A stretch of 64,000 nt of DNA from Rhodothermales bacterium (GTDB lineage Bacteria; Bacteroidota; Rhodothermia; Rhodothermales; JABDKH01). Made by a program: the position numbers and the translations under genes. Location of the stretch: positions 900,150 to 964,149 of the forward strand of contig CBDCYH010000002.1 in NCBI GenBank assembly GCA_965224105.1. The letters are read 5' to 3'. The notes below the pieces were generated by a model. It was given only the letters and a program-made list of their open reading frames with translations, did not search any database and was not told the origin of the DNA. Shown in pieces: positions 57,104-64,000 of the stretch; position 1 is the first letter of the stretch, and each line of letters begins with the position of its first letter.

Positions 57104-57582
57104 TGGGAAACAAAGTTATTTAGTCGTAGCACGTTGCGAAGAGTGAGACCCTCACGGCGTCATGAGAATCAACAGGATACTCCCCAGCAACACGAATCTA
57201 GGCCTGTAATCGGGCCAAGTCAACAAATCAACTGCCCTGAGGTGCATTTGGGTTCCATTTAAGCCGATTATTCTCAAAGTCGGGGTCAGCCTGAACCGGT
57301 CCCGCAATGAGACTTCGCAGGAAACCTTTTCTTGTGGGCGCACCCCGACAGGCCCAAACGCCTCATAATGAACGATTTGGATTTAGGCACGGCATTTGGA
57401 GTGACTCCCCGTACCGGTTGGGCACCTATCGTTGTGTTGCCAGGTGATTCTCCCCGGCCGGTTTACAAAATGGTTTGCTTGAGCGACAGCTCATTGTTCG
57501 AGGGTCCCGGATACGGTTGTTGTGATCGAATCCGGGATTTTCTCTTTTTGGTCGTTAATCATTTGTACGTGAAGCTCGCCAA

Positions 57583-58743
57583 ATGGAAAAAGGCATCTCA
57601 GTGAAATTCTTTTCGTTACTACTCGTAGGCCTGATCTCGACTTCCTTCGTACGCACAGTAGAAGGTCAGGCCGGTTCCGATGTTTGCTACCTGGTCGCCG
57701 ATAACGATGGCACAGAAACAGGTGAAGACGTTCTTGTAGCCGTCAACAGGACTTCCGGGGTTGAATCCGTAATCGGTCCCCTCGGTACCCTGTTCGTAGA
57801 GGCCATAGCGTTTAGTCCGTACGAACCCGTGCTGTTTGCTGCCAACGGCGGAGCGCTTGGACGCGTGGATTTGCAGTCCGGATATTTCACTACGAACGGC
57901 CCCATCGGAAGAGGCAACGGAATACACGGTGAGATATTTTTCGACGATGTCGATGGTCTTGCTTTCGACGCATCAACCGCAGTCCTTTATGGCACCGTTA
58001 GAGCCGACCCATACAACCTGCTTATCCAGTTGAATCCAGACACCGGGCTTCCGGTTAAACACGGCTTCGATATTTCGAATGACTACGTTGAGATCGAGCT
58101 GGATTCACTGAGCGCACCTGGATCCTTTGTTGACGATATAGCAATCGATCCTCAGTCGGGTACCGCCTACCTGGTCGTGAACGCCGACACCGGATCGACA
58201 GTCCTTCATAACCTCAACCTCCGAACCGGCGCGACAACAAGCGTCGCCACGCTTGATGCTTCCAACGTCGAGGGGCTTAGTTTTTTTCCGGGAATAGGGC
58301 TTGTCGGATCCATCGGTGATTCTGGACGGCGGATTGTCGCAATTGATGTTGCCACGGGGGCCACACAAACAATCGCATCGCTTGGAGAAGGTAACAACCG
58401 AGATTACGAGTCGCTGAGCTGCTCAACCGATGCTAATGTCTCCCGTCCTACGTTCACTCCTTCGTTTACCTTCGAGCCCGGAGACATTACGCTCATGCAG
58501 AATGCACCAAACCCGGCAAACGACTACACCGCCATCCCGTTTGTCGTTAGCAAAACGCTCACTGTGGAAGTTGCCGTGTACGACATGCTGGGAAGAGAGG
58601 TTATTTCTGTGGGCGGGCAACAGTTTGGACCGGGGGCGCACAGTTTAAACATCTCGACGGTGGATATTCCGAACGGAGTCTACTTCTACCGTTTGGCTTC
58701 CCGAGTGCAGAGCGAGTCACTCAAGATGGTCGTTGCCCACTAG
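57583..58743 (+). CDS. Secreted protein with a T9SS C-terminal sorting domain (type-A CTD)
   Basis: 386 aa. Signal peptide. The C-terminal about 80 aa (TVEVAVYDMLGREV...GVYFYRLASRVQSESLKMVVAH) is typical of the Por secretion CTD. Confidence 0.7.
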   Translation: MEKGISVKFFSLLLVGLISTSFVRTVEGQAGSDVCYLVADNDGTETGEDVLVAVNRTSGVESVIGPLGTLFVEAIAFSPYEPVLFAANGGALGRVDLQSGYFTTNGPIGRGNGIHGEIFFDDVDGLAFDASTAVLYGTVRADPYNLLIQLNPDTGLPVKHGFDISNDYVEIELDSLSAPGSFVDDIAIDPQSGTAYLVVNADTGSTVLHNLNLRTGATTSVATLDASNVEGLSFFPGIGLVGSIGDSGRRIVAIDVATGATQTIASLGEGNNRDYESLSCSTDANVSRPTFTPSFTFEPGDITLMQNAPNPANDYTAIPFVVSKTLTVEVAVYDMLGREVISVGGQQFGPGAHSLNISTVDIPNGVYFYRLASRVQSESLKMVVAH

Positions 58744-59618
58744 TGTAAGGCGACGTTCTTCAGGAATCGCCTAACGGCAAAATACGATCCACCAAATCCC
58801 AGCAAAACGCCGATCAGAATAAGCGAGAAGATGATCAGTAGCGCGTTGTTGTCCATGTGATCCAGCAGGGTGACATTGTTCACGATCACCGAGTAGATAG
58901 AGCTCACCACTACCACCGCAACGATTCCAGCGACAAAACCCTGGGTAACCCCCTCAACGACAAAAGGCCGGCGGATGAACGCATCCGTTGCGCCGACGAG
59001 TTTCATGGTTCGGATGAGCAAGCGGCGGGCATAGATGGTGAGGCGGACGGTATTTGCCACAAGGAAGATCGCTGCCAGAACAACGAGTGACCCGAGCCAG
59101 AATCCGAACGATCGCACGAGGAATTCGCTTCGCTCGATGCTCCGGAGCAGTCGGGCCTCGTATTGCGCGTCGTTGACGCGTGGCAGGGCCTCGATCGTGG
59201 CCTTTACTGCCAGGACGCTATCCGAGTTTGCGTAGCGCGGCAGGACTTTCACTTTCACCGACGCCGGAAGAAAAGGCGAATCGTAAAAATCGGTCGCATC
59301 CTCCCCAAACTCCTCCTGGAAAATAAGCATCGCCTCCGTCTTCGAAACATACGTTGCTTCCTGTACGCCGTCCAGTACGGAAATCTGATCCCGAACCACG
59401 CGACCTAGCTCGTCTGTTATGTCGTCAACCAGAAATACCTCGATCTCCCCAATCCTCTGACGCATGTAATCGGTGAGCTGGCTCCCGTGGTAGCTCACCA
59501 GAAAGAACAATCCGATGAGGATAAGGGCAACGGCGATTGCGCTTGTCGATGCAAACGACGAAAACTTTGTCCGTCGGATGCCCGCAAGACCTTCCTTGAT
59601 TACATATGACCAGGACAC
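58740..59618 (-). CDS. ftsX: FtsX-like permease (cell-division ABC transporter permease family)
   Basis: 292 aa. TM1, a large extracytoplasmic loop and three C-terminal TMs. No adjacent ftsE. Confidence 0.78.
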   Translation of the reverse strand: MSWSYVIKEGLAGIRRTKFSSFASTSAIAVALILIGLFFLVSYHGSQLTDYMRQRIGEIEVFLVDDITDELGRVVRDQISVLDGVQEATYVSKTEAMLIFQEEFGEDATDFYDSPFLPASVKVKVLPRYANSDSVLAVKATIEALPRVNDAQYEARLLRSIERSEFLVRSFGFWLGSLVVLAAIFLVANTVRLTIYARRLLIRTMKLVGATDAFIRRPFVVEGVTQGFVAGIVAVVVVSSIYSVIVNNVTLLDHMDNNALLIIFSLILIGVLLGFGGSYFAVRRFLKNVALH

Positions 59619-59691
59619 GAGCGAGAGGTGTTAGTGGAGTACGTCACAGCAAAACGGCAACATCCTTACGCTGCCATGTGGGATCGGTTCG

Positions 59692-60546
59692 CTATCCCAC
59701 AAAACCACTTTGCTCGTAGCAACCTAGCACGCGTACGAACGAAGTAATCTCCTCCAGATGATCCAGCGCTTTTGCCATGGCCTCGTCCTCCAGGTGAGCA
59801 CGCACATCGAGAAAAAACTGGTATTCACCCGGACTCCCGGGGTTCGGGCGGCTCTCGATCTTAAGCAAGTCGATTTCTCGCAATGCAAAAACGGCAAGGC
59901 ATTTAAAAAGCGCTCCCGGCACGTTGCTCAGAATGGACAGCGTAACGGATGTCTTCACCGAAACACCCCGCGGAGGCACGGGCGGCGTTCCATTGGATTG
60001 AGCGACATAGAAAAATCTCGTATAGTTCTTTTCGTGCGACTGCAGCTGTGTGCCGAGAATTTTCAATCCGTAAATATCGGCTGATTCTTTGCTCGCAACC
60101 GCCGCGGTGGTTGCAAGGCGTTTTTCGGCTATAGTCTTAGCCGCCCCGGCCGTATCGTAGAACGGCCTTCTCTCCACGCCGGGATAGTTTTTCGCCAGGT
60201 AGTTCCTGCACTGCCCAAGGGCCTGTGGATGGGAGATGATCTCGTCCACGTCTTTCGCCAGCGTATCCGGAAGGCACATCAGACAGTGACTAATGCGCAG
60301 TTGAAGCTCACGATGGATAGTCACTCCTTTGCGGCTGAGCAAATCGTAGTTCGCGTGTACCGCACCATGGACTGAGTTCTCGATGGGAATCACGCCTCCC
60401 GCAACCGCCCCGGATTCTACCGCATCAAACACGTCCTCAAATGTTGGAAAGGGTATTGCCTTGTATTCGGGAGCTAGCATCGATGCTGCCCGTTCACTGT
60501 AGGCGCCGGGAACGCCCTGATACCCAACTCGATAGTCTGCCATCAC
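59692..60546 (-). CDS. pheA: Prephenate dehydratase (PDT catalytic domain + ACT domain)
   Basis: 284 aa. YQGVPGAYSE N-terminus. ESRP motif in the ACT region. ATGA overlap with argS. Confidence 0.9.
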   Translation of the reverse strand: MMADYRVGYQGVPGAYSERAASMLAPEYKAIPFPTFEDVFDAVESGAVAGGVIPIENSVHGAVHANYDLLSRKGVTIHRELQLRISHCLMCLPDTLAKDVDEIISHPQALGQCRNYLAKNYPGVERRPFYDTAGAAKTIAEKRLATTAAVASKESADIYGLKILGTQLQSHEKNYTRFFYVAQSNGTPPVPPRGVSVKTSVTLSILSNVPGALFKCLAVFALREIDLLKIESRPNPGSPGEYQFFLDVRAHLEDEAMAKALDHLEEITSFVRVLGCYEQSGFVG

Positions 60547-62213
60547 ATCCTCTCGGGCGCCGTTATCCCGAGCACCGTCAAACCGTTAGACAGCACCACC
60601 CTTGTCGCCCGTGCCAACTGCAAGCGCGCTGAGGCGAGTCCTTTGTCCTGCCCGATAATTCTGCAGTTCTGGTAGAAAGTTGAAAAAGCAACCGCAACAT
60701 CCCGCAGATAGGCTGCGAGCCGGTGGGGCGCCAAAGCGTCCGCAACAGATTGAACGGTCGTCGGAAAATCCAGAAGTGTCTTGATGAGAACAAGCTCTTC
60801 AGGAGTGGACAGCAGGCTTAGGTCCGGATCAAGCGCCAGCTCCATTTCTGTCTCCTCGACTTTTCGAACGACTGAGCAGATCCTGGCGTGCGCATATTGC
60901 AAATAGAACACCGGGTTTTTTTCTGATGCTTCCCTGGCTAGGTCCAAATCAAATTCCAGGTGCGTTGTCGGCGACCTCATCAGAAAAAAGAATCTCGCAA
61001 CGTCCGCCCCCACCTCATCGATTAGTTCGTCGAGCGTAACATAGTTTGCTTTGCGTGTACTCATTTTTACAGGTTGCCCGCCGCGCACAAGTGTCACAAA
61101 CTGATAAATAACAACATCGATTACGCTGGTGTTGTATCCCAAAAGCTTGACCCCGTTTATCACGTCTGGAAAAGTGGCGATGTGATCCGCCCCAAAGATG
61201 TCTATCACCTTATCGAACGCGCGACCAAGCTTGTCGGCATGATATGCAATATCGGGTAGGCGATACGTTGGCTCGCCGGTGCTTTTGACAAGTACCGTGT
61301 CTTTGTCCTTTCCAAGTTCGGTGGTTCTGAACCATACCGCGCCGTCGTTATCGTAAACAAATCCCTTTTCGCGAAGTTTGTCGACAACATCCCACACGGC
61401 GCCGCTGTCATAGAGCGAACGCTCGTTAAAGTATTCGTCCATTCGGATGTTGATTCTTCCGAGCGTCGATTCGATATCTGCGAAGATGGCCGCTACGGCT
61501 GCGTCCCGGAAAACTTCACTGTCTTCTGGTAGATCATCACCATGTTCCTGGCGGATAGACTCTGCGATGCTGACGATATACTCACCCAGATATCCATCTT
61601 CCGGGAACCCCTCCGGAAGATCTTTTGCCGCGATCGTCGACACATCATCCGATGAACCTATGAGCTGCAAATAGCGCGCTCGAACTGATTCGCCGAGCAC
61701 GCGCATCTGCCGACCCGCGTCGTTGAAATAGTACTCCCGTGTAACATCGTAGCCCGACCACGATAGGAGGTTCGCGATCGTGTCACCAAGTACAGCATTC
61801 CTTCCGTGGCCAACAGTGAGCGGGCCTGTCGGATTTGCGCTAACAAACTCGACCAGCGCTGTACCGCTACTTGCTTCTGCTCGGCCGAAGTCCCGACCTC
61901 GTTGCAACAAGCTGCGCAACTCATCGATCAAGTATGCATCGTCGAACACAAAATTGATAAACCCAGCGCCGGCGATCGTCACCTCCTTTATCCTCGTTGG
62001 ATCGAGGGGAAGGTTGGACAGGCGTTTGACTAGATCGTCTGCGATTTCACGCGGCGACCTGCGGAGGTGCCGCGCCAGCTGCATGGCGATGTTCGTCGAC
62101 AGATCCCCGTGGTCCGGGTTCTTCGGCTCTTCCAGCACCACCTCAATACCGTCGGGTACACCATCGATGCTGCGGAGCACATCAGAAATTTCAGTTTTTA
62201 GATACTCTCTCAT
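60543..62213 (-). CDS. argS: Arginine--tRNA ligase
   Basis: 556 aa. The class I HIGH motif is not located; KMSTRK matches the KMSKS motif. DALR anticodon-binding C-terminus. Confidence 0.95.
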   Translation of the reverse strand: MREYLKTEISDVLRSIDGVPDGIEVVLEEPKNPDHGDLSTNIAMQLARHLRRSPREIADDLVKRLSNLPLDPTRIKEVTIAGAGFINFVFDDAYLIDELRSLLQRGRDFGRAEASSGTALVEFVSANPTGPLTVGHGRNAVLGDTIANLLSWSGYDVTREYYFNDAGRQMRVLGESVRARYLQLIGSSDDVSTIAAKDLPEGFPEDGYLGEYIVSIAESIRQEHGDDLPEDSEVFRDAAVAAIFADIESTLGRINIRMDEYFNERSLYDSGAVWDVVDKLREKGFVYDNDGAVWFRTTELGKDKDTVLVKSTGEPTYRLPDIAYHADKLGRAFDKVIDIFGADHIATFPDVINGVKLLGYNTSVIDVVIYQFVTLVRGGQPVKMSTRKANYVTLDELIDEVGADVARFFFLMRSPTTHLEFDLDLAREASEKNPVFYLQYAHARICSVVRKVEETEMELALDPDLSLLSTPEELVLIKTLLDFPTTVQSVADALAPHRLAAYLRDVAVAFSTFYQNCRIIGQDKGLASARLQLARATRVVLSNGLTVLGITAPERM

Positions 62214-62555
62214 TCAGGTGCAAACTCGTGCCGGGTTCCAAGGCCGCCCAAACTATGAAATAATTGTCAGCGGCATCGAAGCGCCATGCCTGTTTCGGAG
62301 GCAATTCTTTCCGCCTTGCTGCAACCTTCCAACGGCGGGCGTTGGCGCTCAATCGTGATTCTCACCCATCTGGCTTGCGCGGACGCCCGTTTTGAAGTCG
62401 TATGGCACCTTTGCCGACCTCATTTGCATAGGGAGCGATTTATTTCGATCGCGAGCACAATCGGCATACGAATGGCACTACCTGGCCCTGGGAAGTTGTA
62501 TTCCTGTGCCACATGAGACATCTGATCGCCTCGGACGTCCCCAAAACGATACTAA

Positions 62556-63989
62556 GTGAACATTCTCGCTATCGGGTTTTTGCTATTCTCGATTGCCGTC
62601 GGTCCGACTGTGACCGATGACCAGGCTTCTATGCCCGCCAGTATTCCGGGTAGCCACACGGTTGACGTATCGTCGGCGCCCTGGATCGAGGCGGATGTTG
62701 ATTTCGGGCTCTTTGCCTTCGGCGGAAGGGATCGTCCCCTGGCGCTCCGGATCATCGCGATAGCGCTGTATGTCATCGTCGTTCTCATCATCATCTATGG
62801 TGCACGTCACTACGCGTTTACCCTTAACCGCCTGTTCGGCAGACAACGGCACCCGTACCTAACGATCGACACGGCTGCCTGGCCAAAGCTCACCGTGCTC
62901 ATCCCGGCGCACAACGAGGAGCTTGTGATCTCGTCAATCCTCACTGCACTCCTTCGAGCCGACTATCCGCGCGAGCGTTTAACGATCATACCCATCAACG
63001 ATCGATCTACGGATCAGACTGCCGAGATCATCGATGAGTTTGTTGCTCTTCACGGCGACATAATTCAACCATTCCATAGGAACACCGGCAAGCCCGGAAA
63101 GGCCGCGGCCCTCGCCGACGCACTGCAGCTGGTTAAGTCAGAAATCGCCCTCGTTTTCGATGCAGATTATGTTCCTGGCAAAGATCTGCTCAAACAACTG
63201 GTCGCACCGTTCTTCGATCCAGAGGTTGGCGCCGTCATGGGCCGGGTTGTGCCGGTCAACACCGGTCGAAACTTGTTAACGCGAATGTTGGATATGGAGC
63301 GTTCGGGTGGTTATCAGGTGGACCAGCAAGCACGCATGAATCTGGGACTTGTGCCGCAATATGGCGGCACCGTTGGTGGAGTCCGCATCGCCGCTGTCAA
63401 TGATACCGGAGGGTGGAACAACAACTCCCTCACCGAAGACACCGACATGACCATCCAGATGGTTCTGAAGGGTTGGAAGATCGCATACTCCAACAGATAC
63501 GAGTGCTACGAGGAGGTGCCAGAAGATTGGTCGGTGAGGATAAAGCAAATCAAACGGTGGGCGAGCGGCCACACCGAGGCATGTTTGCAATACACATGGC
63601 GACTGTTGCGCAACAGCTCCCTACCCCTACGCACACGTATCGACGGCACACTATTGCTCGGTGTCTTCCTCATGGCCCCCATCCTTCTCATTGGGTGGGT
63701 GTTTGCGATTATACTGTTCTATGCGGATGTCCAGCCTTTCCACGGCGTGCTCGCGCTACTGGCAGTTACATCCTATAACACGGTCGGCAATTTTGCCTCG
63801 TTTTTCGAGATCGCTACAGCCGTGAGACTTGATGGCAACGAGAAAAGAATCCAACTGCTGCCGCTGAACTTGTTGTCGTTTGTTGTAAGTCTCCTCGTTG
63901 TCTCGAGTGCTATCGTTTCTCACACAGTAGGCATGCTACGCAAGAAAGATCTGGTCTGGGATAAAACGCAGAGGTACCGCCAGACATGA
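62556..63989 (+). CDS. Family-2 glycosyltransferase, processive type (cellulose-synthase/NodC-like; TM + GT-A + C-terminal TMs)
   Basis: 477 aa. D, DxD (FDADY) and Q(R)xRW (IKRWASGH) motifs. Multiple TM helices. Confidence 0.83.
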   Translation: MNILAIGFLLFSIAVGPTVTDDQASMPASIPGSHTVDVSSAPWIEADVDFGLFAFGGRDRPLALRIIAIALYVIVVLIIIYGARHYAFTLNRLFGRQRHPYLTIDTAAWPKLTVLIPAHNEELVISSILTALLRADYPRERLTIIPINDRSTDQTAEIIDEFVALHGDIIQPFHRNTGKPGKAAALADALQLVKSEIALVFDADYVPGKDLLKQLVAPFFDPEVGAVMGRVVPVNTGRNLLTRMLDMERSGGYQVDQQARMNLGLVPQYGGTVGGVRIAAVNDTGGWNNNSLTEDTDMTIQMVLKGWKIAYSNRYECYEEVPEDWSVRIKQIKRWASGHTEACLQYTWRLLRNSSLPLRTRIDGTLLLGVFLMAPILLIGWVFAIILFYADVQPFHGVLALLAVTSYNTVGNFASFFEIATAVRLDGNEKRIQLLPLNLLSFVVSLLVVSSAIVSHTVGMLRKKDLVWDKTQRYRQT

Positions 63990-64000
63990 TGTTGCTCCTT

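Noticed and set aside
62286-62516. 76-aa ORF in the argS/GT2 divergent intergenic region
   Set aside because: It has no RBS or motif and is short. The region is more likely promoter DNA.

Overview
The window reads as a chromosomal segment from a Bacteroidota/Rhodothermota-type bacterium (my inference). It is GC-rich. It carries a T9SS C-terminal sorting-domain cargo gene, a short ~280-aa primary sigma-70, Omp85/BamA-type outer-membrane proteins, and a folP-cdaA linkage. Most of the window is housekeeping and appears on both strands in compact, often 4-bp-overlapping operons. The recognisable genes are uvrB, rpmE, thymidine phosphorylase, moaA/moaC, dtd, rdgB, rpsU, a large 2-oxoglutarate dehydrogenase, rlmD, uvrA, gmd/fcl, rpoD, folP, cdaA, pcm, deoB, pheA and argS. 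I found no rRNA or tRNA genes, no CRISPR array and no obvious transposase or integrase. Several unusual modules are interspersed among these genes. (1) Two tandem paralogous BMC vertex (EutN/CcmL/PduN-family) proteins are translationally coupled to each other and sit directly downstream of phosphopentomutase and a GAF/degenerate-GGDEF protein, with no hexameric BMC shell gene anywhere in the 64 kb. (2) A Rad52/Rad22-family (DdrA/Sak-like) single-strand-annealing protein sits immediately upstream of and co-directional with uvrA, and an unknown 126-aa gene is coupled to the uvrA stop. (3) A chimeric HExxH metallopeptidase–PD40/TolB-propeller–Omp85 beta-barrel outer-membrane protein is followed by a ~1087-aa Walker-A P-loop protein of unknown function. 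(4) A PspA/IM30 gene is followed by a PspA-C-terminus-like coiled-coil gene and a two-TM coiled-coil membrane protein. (5) The 2-oxoglutarate dehydrogenase is an actinobacterial OdhA/Kgd-type enzyme with a lipoyl-less E2 catalytic domain fused to E1. (6) An NfeD–flotillin pair is present. (7) rdgB is frameshifted in a C4 homopolymer. All calls were made by eye from the six-frame translations and the raw sequence, with no database searches.
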